IMG/VR virus record: IMGVR_UViG_3300025173_000082
Span: 1-58,225 of that record
Direction: 5' to 3' (one strand)
Source of the DNA: a virus
Taxonomy: Duplodnaviria > Caudoviricetes
DNA length: 58,225 nucleotides
The translations under genes were made by a program, and so were the position numbers. Under the pieces are notes generated by a model. The model made no database searches. It worked only from the letters and a program-made list of their open reading frames with translations, and was not told where the DNA came from. Shown one piece after another: positions 9,983-20,700 of the stretch (within the stretch, counting starts at the first letter, position 1; every line of letters starts with the position of its first letter).

Positions 9983-10333
9983 CTAAAACCCCGCATCCTC
10001 ATCGAACAGGTGATAGGGCTCGCCCGTGTCCGGGTAGGTGCAGTCCGGGTCGCCCCAATTGCCGAACGCGCGGGCCTTCTGTTCCTCAATCGCATAGGCC
10101 AGCAGGTAATCATCGGTCGTCACCGGCAGATGCGCCTCCGCCTCCGGGTCCGTGGAGGCCCCCAGGATGTAGCATTGCGCCGCGCCGTATCCGTGCTGCT
10201 TCAGCATTCGCTTCACGGCCCACCAGTAGCAGCCGAAGAGATAGTACCGGCGCGGCTCCGCCTGGAGCATCTGCACGAGGGTCCGGCAGACGCCCTCTAT
10301 GTCCGCAACTGGTTGGAGTCGGTCATCGGCCAT
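9983..10333 (-). CDS. Hypothetical phage protein
   Basis: GGGGGAG RBS; YYLFGCYWWAVK motif. Confidence 0.65.
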   Translation of the reverse strand: MADDRLQPVADIEGVCRTLVQMLQAEPRRYYLFGCYWWAVKRMLKQHGYGAAQCYILGASTDPEAEAHLPVTTDDYLLAYAIEEQKARAFGNWGDPDCTYPDTGEPYHLFDEDAGF

Positions 10334-10347
10334 GGTTGCGCTCCCCC

Positions 10348-10376
10348 TTGCCAACAATCATAGATTGTGCTAGTCT
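10348..10376 (+). promoter_or_regulatory. Sigma70-type promoter antisense to the late operon
   Basis: TTGCCA-17-TAGTCT with extended -10; spacer contains palindrome ACAATC-ata-GATTGT. Confidence 0.65.
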
Positions 10377-10383
10377 TGTACGC

Positions 10384-10551
10384 ATGGAATATGCCATTGC
10401 CAACGAACCTCAGATCACGGATGATGACGCCGCCGAAAGACTACGAACCCTATTCGTTGATCTCGTCGGTCCAGAGCGGGCACCGTCTTTGATAAAGGCT
10501 TTTTCCGAAGGTCTTGCCACACACCTCGAAGCAGTTCCACAGCCCCGCTAA
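10384..10551 (+). CDS. Candidate leaderless 55-aa protein antisense to the DarB-like 3' end
   Basis: ATG 7 nt after the -10 box; amphipathic helical sequence MEYAIANEPQ... Confidence 0.45.
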   Translation: MEYAIANEPQITDDDAAERLRTLFVDLVGPERAPSLIKAFSEGLATHLEAVPQPR

Positions 10552-13500
10552 TGCGTTTTTCGCTGACGCCTTGGGACTCTAAGACAAGGCGTAACTCTTC
10601 TGCCGCTTCAGTCACATCGTCAAACTGACGCAATCTGAAAACCACCTTCTTTATATCAAGGCGCATCTGCTCTTCCGCTTCACTGAACTTCGGTGTTGGC
10701 TTTCGCGGATGCCGTGTATCCGCTCGTCTGGCACGCTCGATCTCTTCTCTCCGCTTGACTTCCTCATCATCGGGCGGCGTTCCCCCTTCGCCAGTATCCG
10801 GCGCGTGATGCGGCTGACTCCCGCCGAGGTTCCCCGGCCTGCCGCGATGTCCGAAATCGCCGGAACCCGGCCCGCCCTTCGTGAAGACCAGCAGCGGACG
10901 GCCACTTACCGCCTTGGCATATGCGCCCGCCCCCGTTGAGGCGTGGGGCCTGTATGCCGCGATCATCGTAGCGGCTTCCGACCACCCAAAGGTGTCCCGC
11001 AGCGCGGCCAGATGCGGCGTAGAGGGATAATAGCGAGACGACCCACGCCGCCTAAACGACGGGCGAGAGGCAGCCTGCTCGCGCTGTTCCTTCGCGGCGT
11101 GCGGGATCAGCCGGTCCGCGTAGTGCGGCGTCGGCAGGATAAACTTTCCGCCCCGCACCACATCAGGCGACGTAGAAGAGTTGACCTTCTCAGGGAGGCC
11201 CCGTGCATTGAACACCCACGTATCGGACCAGTCTTGAGGCTCATCCTCAGAATTCTCCGTAAAGCGCCGTTTCAAGTGCTCCTGGATAGACCCGTCGTGC
11301 GCATCCACGACATGCGGGTCTATCTGACGCAACGGTTCCGTCCTCGTCAGTTGCGGGATCAGGCTCTTGATCTCGTCGTGCGGGTCCACCGCTGCAATTG
11401 GGATTAGGCCGCTATCCAGATCGTCGCGTGTGACCGTGTAACTATCTCTCGCAGAGTGGTCCGTCAAGACCGACCCCACAGGCCGCATCGTTACGTCCTG
11501 TTTGAGATGGTCCACCGCCGTCACGACCCACGTGCTCGGCTGGTCGCTCCAATTTATCGGTGCCCGCTCGCGCCCCGCCATCTCGAAGGTGGCCCCCTCA
11601 TAGAAGGCATGGCCCGTGGTCGGGGCCAGCACCATCGGCCCGTCATAGGTAAGGACGGTCTTATCTGGCAAGTGCTCATCCGCCTGGAGCGTGTCGGACA
11701 TCCGAGCAATCCGCATCTTCAGCATCGCGGCCGATTGCGAGTCCTTGTTTTCTAACTTCGCGTAGTTCGCCTTGAGCGCGATCAAGGTTCGTGCCGACGC
11801 AATCGCCTCTACCTGTTTCACGGCCTTGTACTTCGCCATTTGCATGGCCGTGTTCTTCTGGAGTTGCGCCCGCGCCGCGTCCGGGTCCTCAGCCATCATC
11901 ACCATGAAATCATCCTGGCTGTAGGTGCCGCCGCCCTGCTCCGCCGCCAAATTATCCAGCCGGTCCCGACCGTGCCATAACTGATCCATCCAGTTTTTCT
12001 TGCCCGCAATGATCTGATAGCGGTAGCCGTCAAAGCTCTTCTTCGCCAGGTAGGTATGGACGTTCACCGCCTCGCGCTTGTTGCCCTGCCGAATGCCGCG
12101 CCCGTTCCGTTGCTGGAGGGAGGACGGTTCCCACGGCAGGTCCAAATGATGGATGTCCGACGTGTACCGTTGGAGGTTCACGCCTTCGCCCATCGTCGCG
12201 GTGTTTCCGATCACGATCTTGAGCTTGCCGGACACATACGCCTCCGCGATGTTCTGCCGGGCGGCGCTATCCTCTGCTTCCTGGGCATTGATGATCCCGA
12301 TTTGCTCCGCTGGGATGCCCGCCGCAAGCAGCCTATTCTTGATCTTCTGGTGGACCTCAATCTTGTCGGCGAAGATGACTTGCCCGCAGTCCGCACAGTC
12401 CTTCATCGCTGCCATGATGGTCTTCACGCACTCATCGTATTTGGGACTCCCGCTGTCCTCATGCCCCAGGAGCGTCAGGTCCATCGCCGCCTTGTCCATC
12501 TTCGTCATCACGGAAAAGATGTGCGCCTCGCCCGTGGACTTCGCGCCCACGTCCGCCATCTTCTCGCGCAGGTCGGTATAGACGGCCTGCTGCGCGGGCG
12601 TCATGTCCACATAATGCTCATGGACAGATTTCTGCGGGATTTTCAGCCCGACCTCATCCGCCGTCTTGCGGTAGAGGTAGCGGCTCATCACCGACCGGAC
12701 CTCATTCATGTTCTTAAAGCCCGTGACGACCGGGGACTCTTTCACATTGTTGTTCGTATCCAGAATGGTCCGCTGCTGAATCTCGCAGTAGCGGTCTATG
12801 AAGTCCTCTGAGTTGCGAATCCCGCGCCGCTCGAACTCTTCCGGCGCGATATGCGACAGCATCGAATAGACTTCCAGTGGCGAGTTCTTCGTCGGGGTGG
12901 CCGTGAGGAAGAACACGCCCTTGTTCCCGTTCGCCTCCCGCACGGCCCGTGCTTTATGCTGCATGTCGAGGGAGCGTTTGGAGAGGCCGGAGCCGCCCAG
13001 GTATTTCGGCTGGCCGCCGAACCGCGAACGGGAACTGTAGAGATTCTTAAAGCAGTTGTGGACTAGGATGCCTTCGGCGAAGTAGTTGTGGTGGTCTGCA
13101 ACTTCGATATTGTAGACAAGACCTTCTGGACACAATCCTCCAAATCTTCCATCACTCGTTGGTTGGTGAATCTCAACACGGTCCACCCTAATTCCTTCAA
13201 TTTGGCGTCCTTCTTGGCATCCATCATCTGGCGCGAATAGGCCAAGTGGCTGTCTCCATCCACTTCCATCCCGACCTTGAGGCAGCAATTGCCGATGTCT
13301 ATCTTGTGGTGACAGGTCGCAGTCATGGTAGCTCCCAGCAGTTCGTATATCCATGCTATACACGCTATCACGAATTGTCAAGGCAGCGCTCTCTCGGTAT
13401 CCGCTCTCGGTGTAGACCGGATGATTGCCCGTACAGATGAGCACACGGCCATTCGCCAAATGCACCGATACCAAGGTGGCAGGCACTCTCCGCTGTACGT

Positions 13501-16500
13501 CGGTCACGGCCTTGATCTCGGTGCGCCCGGTCGCATGATTAAAGGCTGTGATGTGATCCCCGACGCGAAGCTGCTCTATCGGAATGCCATCAATACATGT
13601 GCCAGCGGGAAAACAATGCCCCTCATCGGCAATCAGAAGGTCCACGCCCAGCTTGTTCCAGTAGAGCGCTTGTGTGCGCTTCTCGAAGTCTCGCGTGGCC
13701 ATCGCCTGCTCGTAGGCGGCCCGAATTTTATTGACCTGCTTGTCCCCTGCCTGTCCCAATTGGTCCCCGCGCTGCACCCAAAAATCGCTATTGAGGTACT
13801 CCCCCTTGGCAATCGGGTCCACGTCAATATCGTTGAAAGCCGGCATCGTGCAGAGGATCAGATCGTAGTTGCCTTGCGCGACCATGTGCCACTTCTTGTC
13901 CCGCTCGTCCTTGGAATCCGACTTTGCCTTGAGTGTCCCGTCCTTGCCCGTCGAGTACGTTTCGCCGATCACAAGGACGTTCATCCCCGTCGTGAAGGTA
14001 TTGATCTCGGACATCCAGTTGGCCGCGACTGACTTCGGCACCACGACCACGGGCCGTTTCGCTTGTCCCTTCGCCCGCAACGTTTTAACCAGCGCAATCG
14101 CAGCGGCCGTGTTATGCGTCACGATAAAATCGTCAGTGACGTATAACTTGCTAGGGTGGGCGACTCGAATGCACTGCGCGGCCTGTTTCCCTATGGGTTC
14201 CACCGAGACAATGTACCGCGTCGGAAGATATTTGCTCTTCGGTCGCACACGCGCCAATTTCCGAGGCAGCCGGAATGGTGCCATTTGCGGAGGCATTCGC
14301 AGATGCACGGTATAACTCGTCAACCCGGTGCGCTTCTCTCCCTTATACGTGAAGGTCGGCTTCTTAGCGCGGATGGTCGCATTGCATCCGAGGCTCTGGG
14401 CCAGAAACCGCACATCGTCCGCGAGGCGTCTCGATGACGAACTGAACTGCACCGTCACGCCACGCGTATCCACATACCCATCGGTATCTAAGAGCCCTTG
14501 CAACAGTGAGAGCCGCACCTCTTCGCTGTTCCACTTGTATCCGTCAGGGACGAACTTCTCTTCTGACTTCAGACCATCCAAGCCGAATGCGCTCAATAGG
14601 CTTCTGAACGGCGGGGTGTCGCCGCGCCGGTTCTTTCTGATGATCCGATACGTGGGACACCGATCTGGCCCCACGGACTGTTGCGAGGTCGTGTAGTCGG
14701 ATGGCAGCAACCGCTGAAGCGTCTCGATTATGTCCGGTTCTGGATTCGCAATGGACGTACACTCGTGGCGGAAACATCCATCACCAAGGAGGACGCCCAT
14801 AACATACGGATCAAGCGACACTGGACGTTTCTGCAACTGCACCGGAGCCACCATCGGAATCGCGTGATTCTTTATCCCTCGATAGGTCAGACTCGCTCTA
14901 ATCTCCGAAAGAGGCCGCACACGAGGGCTTCCAGATACGGGATAGCCTCGCCGTGCATTGTTCTTCTCCTTGTGCGTGTGGGTCATCCACAGATGGTCGT
15001 CGCAGCATTCCGTGACGGCTCCATCATGGCATGTGACCCGGTAAATCTCCTGTTCGCCTTGCGGATAGACGCCAAGAACCGTCGTGGGCGTGCCATCCGC
15101 AGCCATCACCGTATCACCGACATGGATGTCCCCCATCCGCGTCCATCCGGTCGGCGTCAAGAGTTTCGCATCAAGTGGTTGGGCCTTGCCCAGCCCTACG
15201 TCATAGGCGAGAATGCCCTTGCCTTCCTCGACAGCCCAATGGAGTGCCGGGTACTGGTAGGCATTCAGGGTCCGCTCTGCGCTCCACCCTGGAATCTCCA
15301 TTGGCGCACCACTGTAGGACTTCGTGCGGTAGCCGTTGTAGAGCCGGTTATACAAGTCTTCGATGGTGCCTCGATGCGAGGAGGTGGCTAACCACGCCTG
15401 GAATTCCGCCTCCATCGTCGGAATCGTTTTCCAATCGTCTTCCTGCATCGCCAGGCGGTTCAGGTACTTTTCAAAGAGCGGGTTGAGCCAGCTTTGCCCC
15501 TGCGTGCGCTTGATCGTATAGATGCCGTCGTGAAACTCGACCTGGTACTTGACCGCCTCGGACTTGTCGCCATACTGGTTCCGTGCGCCGATCTCCGACA
15601 GATACTCACTCAGAATCTCTGTTGGTATCCACCCGGCGCGGAGACTGACTTCAAAGTCCTCCAACATCTTCGGGGCCAACGTCTCCTCCAGCCATGTCGC
15701 CTGCCGTGCCCACTGATGCCGAACCGGATCATCCGTAGCCTTGGTTCTGAGCGCCACCCGCAGCGCGTCCAGTTTCGGATAGAGGTCCCCGGCGCAGAGG
15801 TCCGCCCGGCTCCCCCAATGCTCGCCGTCCAGACTGAGCGCGTACTGGTCGGACGCATAGAGTGCGCGGAGCGCGGCGCCTTCCCCACGGCCTCCCGTCC
15901 AGTGCCGCTCAATGTCGGCGACCGTGACGCCGCGTTCATCGCCGCGCAACAGATGCCCCATCACAGCGGCAAAGTCCGTCGTGTCTATGGTCGGGACCGG
16001 TCCATTGGTCACGAGCCCTTGCAGCATTGCCGAGAACTGGCCGTCGGCGTTGACGGCGGCGATCAGGGGTAGGAATCGAGGGTCCCGTTGACCCAGCATC
16101 GCCAATACCTTGTCCGTGCTGGGATTGCCGTGGGCGGTCTGGTAGTCCGTGATCGCCTGCCGGAGATCGTCTAAGTCCTGCTTCGGATAGATGGCTCCCC
16201 CTGCGACGCCCTCTGTCACGGCAAGGACCCGCGCCGCCAGATCAAGTGCCTGTCCTTCCTTGGACGCTGGCGAATAGACCAGTTCACCGACTTGATCGGC
16301 GCGATGCCAGCGTCGGGGATCGCCATGGAGGACGTAGAGCACCCCGTTAATCAACCGCGTGGAGCCGGACGGCAGTTCAGGGTAAGGGTTCTTGAGCGCC
16401 GACGCCTGCGCCTTCTTCAGCGCCGAGGGATCGTCCTTGAGATGATCGAGTATGGTTTGAAGGTCCACGGTGGACGGGTCGGCCCGCAACGGGCCGCTGG

Positions 16501-17731
16501 CAATCTGCGCTTCGACGCCGAGCATATCGCCGATGACATCCAGTCCGCCACGCCAGTTCGCTTGCACGTCGCCATGGAGCCGCCCACGAGAGGAGTCCTC
16601 AAATATTTTCCCGTCCATCCAGGCGGCATCCCACACGCCCAGCGCCTTGAGCGTGGCTGTGCTGACGGTCCCCAGGGCACCAGCCACGTCCTGGGGGCGT
16701 TTCCGCATGACCAGGACATCCGTCACGACCTGTGTGCCGGCATGGGCAAAGGCCGTATTCGGGAGCCGGTGCGCGGCCACGACTTCGGCTTTGCGGAGGA
16801 TGCGCTCCCGGAACGTGCGCGAGGTCTGATTCGTGGCGATGCCATGGGGCACGACCAGGGCCACAATGCCGTGATCCTTGGTCTTGTCAAGGCACGTATC
16901 GAGGAAATACTCTTCCGCGTTGCCGAGGTCCGGCTTATCGTGCGCAGCCCACGCGCCACGGACGCCGAACGGCGGATTGCCAACCACTGCGTCATAGCGT
17001 GTCGGGTCACCGATGGTGACGAAATCCTCCAACGCGGAGGACACAACGTCATCGTCGGGGTGCAATTTTCGGTTGATCCGTGAGGCCGTCTCGTCGAGTT
17101 CCACCGCCGTCATGGTCACGCCGGCGGGCTTCGTTTCCTGGAACACGCCGGTCCCGCTGGAAGGTTCCAGCACATGCGCGCGCGCATCCAGCCCCAAGCG
17201 CGTGAGCACCTGCCAGATCGACGCGGCCAGCGCGGGCGTCGTGTAATACTCGTTCAGATTGTCGCCGATGCCCCCGTTGCCGCTGTAGAGCGCCAGTTTC
17301 TTACGGGCCGTCGCGTCCGTTGAGAAGAGGCTCTCCATCGCCTCCTCGTTCGCCTTCTTCCGCTGTGAGGGTTTCCAGTTCGCTTGCGCACCGAAGACGG
17401 GCAAGGCGGCCTCAACCTGTTCCCAGGACTCGCCGTAGGGGATCGCTGAGGGCGAAGCAGGCTTCGAGGGACGGGCGCGTGTCGGTGGCGGCGTGGGGGG
17501 CGGTTCGACCTTTGGGGCGTCCGGCCTCGGAGCCTTGGGATCGCTCCGATCCTCCCATGCGGGCTTCTCCAGGGTCGAGAATAGGTTCAGGGCCGACTGA
17601 TTCGGCAGGCGCGGATGCTTGACCTCTGGCTTGCGCTCACGGCGCTTGTCGTAGTGCTGGTCAACCCAGGTGCCACCCTGCGTCATATACCCGGCCACCT
17701 TTGTTTTCAGGAAGATGAGGAGTCTGTTCAT
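10415..17731 (-). CDS. DarB-like giant protein: N6-adenine methyltransferase + SNF2 helicase, with two inteins
   Basis: EYYT, VLEPSSGTG, VGNPPF (MTase); DVGLGK/T, DEGH, TATPTKNSPLE, GEGVNLQ, QRNGRGIRQGN (helicase). Confidence 0.9.
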   Translation of the reverse strand: MNRLLIFLKTKVAGYMTQGGTWVDQHYDKRRERKPEVKHPRLPNQSALNLFSTLEKPAWEDRSDPKAPRPDAPKVEPPPTPPPTRARPSKPASPSAIPYGESWEQVEAALPVFGAQANWKPSQRKKANEEAMESLFSTDATARKKLALYSGNGGIGDNLNEYYTTPALAASIWQVLTRLGLDARAHVLEPSSGTGVFQETKPAGVTMTAVELDETASRINRKLHPDDDVVSSALEDFVTIGDPTRYDAVVGNPPFGVRGAWAAHDKPDLGNAEEYFLDTCLDKTKDHGIVALVVPHGIATNQTSRTFRERILRKAEVVAAHRLPNTAFAHAGTQVVTDVLVMRKRPQDVAGALGTVSTATLKALGVWDAAWMDGKIFEDSSRGRLHGDVQANWRGGLDVIGDMLGVEAQIASGPLRADPSTVDLQTILDHLKDDPSALKKAQASALKNPYPELPSGSTRLINGVLYVLHGDPRRWHRADQVGELVYSPASKEGQALDLAARVLAVTEGVAGGAIYPKQDLDDLRQAITDYQTAHGNPSTDKVLAMLGQRDPRFLPLIAAVNADGQFSAMLQGLVTNGPVPTIDTTDFAAVMGHLLRGDERGVTVADIERHWTGGRGEGAALRALYASDQYALSLDGEHWGSRADLCAGDLYPKLDALRVALRTKATDDPVRHQWARQATWLEETLAPKMLEDFEVSLRAGWIPTEILSEYLSEIGARNQYGDKSEAVKYQVEFHDGIYTIKRTQGQSWLNPLFEKYLNRLAMQEDDWKTIPTMEAEFQAWLATSSHRGTIEDLYNRLYNGYRTKSYSGAPMEIPGWSAERTLNAYQYPALHWAVEEGKGILAYDVGLGKAQPLDAKLLTPTGWTRMGDIHVGDTVMAADGTPTTVLGVYPQGEQEIYRVTCHDGAVTECCDDHLWMTHTHKEKNNARRGYPVSGSPRVRPLSEIRASLTYRGIKNHAIPMVAPVQLQKRPVSLDPYVMGVLLGDGCFRHECTSIANPEPDIIETLQRLLPSDYTTSQQSVGPDRCPTYRIIRKNRRGDTPPFRSLLSAFGLDGLKSEEKFVPDGYKWNSEEVRLSLLQGLLDTDGYVDTRGVTVQFSSSSRRLADDVRFLAQSLGCNATIRAKKPTFTYKGEKRTGLTSYTVHLRMPPQMAPFRLPRKLARVRPKSKYLPTRYIVSVEPIGKQAAQCIRVAHPSKLYVTDDFIVTHNTAAAIALVKTLRAKGQAKRPVVVVPKSVAANWMSEINTFTTGMNVLVIGETYSTGKDGTLKAKSDSKDERDKKWHMVAQGNYDLILCTMPAFNDIDVDPIAKGEYLNSDFWVQRGDQLGQAGDKQVNKIRAAYEQAMATRDFEKRTQALYWNKLGVDLLIADEGHCFPAGTCIDGIPIEQLRVGDHITAFNHATGRTEIKAVTDVQRRVPATLVSVHLANGRVLICTGNHPVYTESGYRESAALTIRDSVYSMDIRTAGSYHDCDLSPQDRHRQLLPQGRDGSGWRQPLGLFAPDDGCQEGRQIEGIRVDRVEIHQPTSDGRFGGLCPEGLVYNIEVADHHNYFAEGILVHNCFKNLYSSRSRFGGQPKYLGGSGLSKRSLDMQHKARAVREANGNKGVFFLTATPTKNSPLEVYSMLSHIAPEEFERRGIRNSEDFIDRYCEIQQRTILDTNNNVKESPVVTGFKNMNEVRSVMSRYLYRKTADEVGLKIPQKSVHEHYVDMTPAQQAVYTDLREKMADVGAKSTGEAHIFSVMTKMDKAAMDLTLLGHEDSGSPKYDECVKTIMAAMKDCADCGQVIFADKIEVHQKIKNRLLAAGIPAEQIGIINAQEAEDSAARQNIAEAYVSGKLKIVIGNTATMGEGVNLQRYTSDIHHLDLPWEPSSLQQRNGRGIRQGNKREAVNVHTYLAKKSFDGYRYQIIAGKKNWMDQLWHGRDRLDNLAAEQGGGTYSQDDFMVMMAEDPDAARAQLQKNTAMQMAKYKAVKQVEAIASARTLIALKANYAKLENKDSQSAAMLKMRIARMSDTLQADEHLPDKTVLTYDGPMVLAPTTGHAFYEGATFEMAGRERAPINWSDQPSTWVVTAVDHLKQDVTMRPVGSVLTDHSARDSYTVTRDDLDSGLIPIAAVDPHDEIKSLIPQLTRTEPLRQIDPHVVDAHDGSIQEHLKRRFTENSEDEPQDWSDTWVFNARGLPEKVNSSTSPDVVRGGKFILPTPHYADRLIPHAAKEQREQAASRPSFRRRGSSRYYPSTPHLAALRDTFGWSEAATMIAAYRPHASTGAGAYAKAVSGRPLLVFTKGGPGSGDFGHRGRPGNLGGSQPHHAPDTGEGGTPPDDEEVKRREEIERARRADTRHPRKPTPKFSEAEEQMRLDIKKVVFRLRQFDDVTEAAEELRLVLESQGVSEKRISGAVELLRGVWQDLRKKPLSKTVPALDRRDQRIGFVVFRRRHHP
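13055..13615 (-). mobile_element. Intein (187 aa) at helicase Walker B
   Basis: DEGH|CFPAGT...CTGNHP...VYNIEVADHHNYFAEGILVHN|C. Confidence 0.9.
13063..13371 (-). CDS. Vsr/DUF559-type endonuclease ORF in an alternative frame inside the intein (possibly truncated)
   Basis: KIDIG...MEVDGDSH...DAKKDAKLKELGWTVLRFTN is a DUF559/Vsr-like signature. Confidence 0.75.
   Translation of the reverse strand: MIACIAWIYELLGATMTATCHHKIDIGNCCLKVGMEVDGDSHLAYSRQMMDAKKDAKLKELGWTVLRFTNQRVMEDLEDCVQKVLSTISKLQTTTTTSPKAS
14111..15184 (-). mobile_element. Intein (358 aa) with LAGLIDADG homing endonuclease in helicase Walker A; class-3-like
   Basis: GLGK|AQPLDAK...IVTHN|T; GVLLGDG and GLLDTDG; Ala1 with W (DHLW), C (AQCI), T (VTHN) triad. 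Confidence 0.9.
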
Positions 17732-20700
17732 GAAGGCCCCTTATTAGGGGCTGCTAATTGTTTCAACCGCCCATCCAACGCGGCAATCTTCTCCAGCGTG
17801 GTCAGGCGTTCAGCACGAAGAATCCCGGAGACAGTCGGCTCCAGGTTGGGCGTGTCGAGGTCGAAATCCAGGGTATGCAGGGATTTGACGAGGGCCGTGC
17901 GAACGGACGCCGCACGGGCGCAGGCGGCCTTTAGGGCTTGCGCGGAACCGGCACGGTACGGAGGCCAGCAATGACCCGATCCATGTAGTCGTCGTCCATG
18001 CTCCCGAAGAGCTTGCACACCTGGTCCTGCTTGGCTTTTTCGGACAGGAGCGGACGCACTCCCAGCACCTTCTGCCCGCGTACCTTTTTCTTGAAGAGTA
18101 GCCTGCTGATTCTTGGGAACATCGGTGTCATACCTCCTGAAGCGGGCGACACGCGAATCACCCTTCAAGGCATTATAGGTCTGTTCGGGCTTGCCGTCAA
18201 CCACATTCACCACATATTCTGGGGGCACAAACCGGCCCTTGTCCCGGAAGCGGGCCACGGCCCGCGCCGCCGCCTTTTCAATCGGCAGGTGCGCGTAGAG
18301 AATCGTGATCTGATAGCCGTGCCGGTGGTGAATGTCCACCATCTGTGTGATCTTCTCGGTGTTGGCCCCGGTGACATCCCATATCGTATGGTGCCGACGC
18401 CGAAGCACTTCTGGCGCAATCAGTTTCTCCGCAATATAGCTGGACTCCTCATGGACGAGTCCCGCATTGCGCCCGTTGTACTCCGGGAGTTGTTCCTTCA
18501 CGTCATCCGCATTGATGACGGTGAACGCCACGCCCAAATCTTTCGCCGCAGGCTGCAAGGCCGAGGTTTTTCCCGACGCGGGAGCGCCCATGAGAAAGAC
18601 GCACTGCGGTTGCTCGCCTTCCTTCGTGGCCGCCTTCGGGTTTAGTATCTTATGGACAATCCGCTCATGTTTCCGCCGCCGAGCGATCGTCCACTCGCCC
18701 GTCGCGGCGTCTTTGTGCTGCCGGTCAGTCGCAACGCCATTGCTGACTTCTTCGCGGGCGGATGCGAGGTCATGCGCGGCATAGATGTTAGCCAGCCATT
18801 CATCCATCTTGCCCGGCTCTGCCGGTTCGACGACATGAATGGCGGTCTTCTGAGCCGACACCGTGCGCGGGCGCGGCTCCTGGACATCGTTGGGCGGTTT
18901 ATGCCAGGCCCACACCTTCTGCTGGGCCGTCGCCCGTGAATGCGGCTGAGCGGGCGTGGCCGACTTGCGCTGGTCGTCATGTTCGCGCACCGTGGTTCCA
19001 TCCGAGCGCGTGTAGGAACGGATACGAGCTTTGGTCAACGGCATGGCCTTCTTGACGAACGCCAGCAGGCGCGAGGGCAGACTGGCCTTCTGCATCCGCT
19101 TGTCATCCTCCGCCAGTTCCCGTTCCCACGCCGCCTGCCGTGCCTGTTCCTCGCGGTCGTATGCCTCCTTGCGGGCTTGGCGCTGCGCCTCGAACTCCGT
19201 GCGTTGACGTTCAGGGTCCTGCCCGGACGGAACGGTTAGATCATCGTGATCGGGCCACGCTAATTCCTCTGGTTGATCCGGATCGGTCAACCCGATGAAC
19301 GGATGCGGTCCGCCCGTCTCCAGTTCACCCACAATCATCCGCTGTGATTCCGTCTCGCCACATCTGACCACGCCATGATTGCGCACTACTTGACCAATGT
19401 AGGCCGTGGTGAAGTCGAACGGCTGGTCACCGTGCTCCAGCGCCGCATCGTAGGAGGCACGGAATCGGCGTTCCCCTTCGTGTTTCTCCTCCTCATAATG
19501 TTTCTTCTCGTCCTGGCGCTGGGCCTCCCGTGCGGCTGTCCGGCGCGTGATTTCAGGGTCGTGCTGCACCGTCCAGTGCGGAGTGAGGGCATAGGTTTTT
19601 CCGGTCCCGCCACCGCCGCCGATCAGCGCGGCGGTTTTTGTCACCCGCACACGCAGTTGCGCCCCCTTGCGATAGACCTCTCCGTGGATGGAGGCGGGCG
19701 TGCCAAACGGCCCTGGCACCCTCTGGTAGACCGCATCGCCAACTTGTGGGACCAGGCGACCATCGGGATACGTGACACGCTTCGGCGTGGGCGCGTTCTC
19801 GTGGATAGGCTCCGACTTCTTCTTTCTGGTCGCCGTATGCGTCTTGACATACGTCACCGTCCCTGAATGGTCCTGTCGGAGATGTCCTTCGACCGGAACT
19901 TTCTCGTTGCGAAAAAAATGCCCCTGCACGGCCTTCCGAAAGAGGAGCAGCTTGCGCCGCAATGTCTTGGCGAGTTGACGCACAAAGTCAATGCTCCCCA
20001 CGTCAACGCTGAACGGCAACCGCATCTCCCGAAACATCCAGTCGAGATACCCAGGGTCTTTTTGTTGCAGCCTGCTCAAGGTGGCGCCTCGGTGTTTGCC
20101 AAACCCAATGGTCGCGTCCGGCCAGTGACCAGTCGGTGTTGCTGGAGCAAATCGGGCATAGGCACCAAGGGCTCCTATTGGGAATTTCGGAAACGCCACA
20201 TGCGACGGCGGCGGTACGGTGAGTGGCGTGCGCGTACTGGAGGCGGTGGTATCGGCGGGGGCGGTGGGCGCAGGCGCGACCCCGTAGTGCGGCAATCCGA
20301 CCTGTCCAAGATCGACATGACGGGCCTCCCAGACGCCGACCGACCCGCCTTTCACCACACCCTCCAATGCCTCATCGCTCAACGTGCTCAACTTTTCAAT
20401 ATCCAAGTTGGCCACATCTCCTTGCACGGTCGCGCCCAGCAATTTCAACTTGGAGTGAATAATGTCCTGATTCCACTTGTCGATTGCGGTGCCATGCGCG
20501 GACAGAAAGGTGGCCATACAGCGGCTTTTGGTCGTGAGGCGATTGATCCGTCCCAACATCTGCACCGCGTCCGTCGCCGCAAACGGCGCCGTCAAAATCA
20601 CCATCGCACGCGGGGCGTGGCCGGTCGTGTCATCGAGACTCAGGCCGGTGCCCCCGGCCTGCGGCGTCATAATGGCAATCTTTGCGCGCCCCGATTGGAA

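Noticed and set aside
17734-17753. GC-rich hairpin over the DarB-like RBS as a terminator
   Set aside because: No U tract and inside a coding overlap; at most a translational-coupling element.
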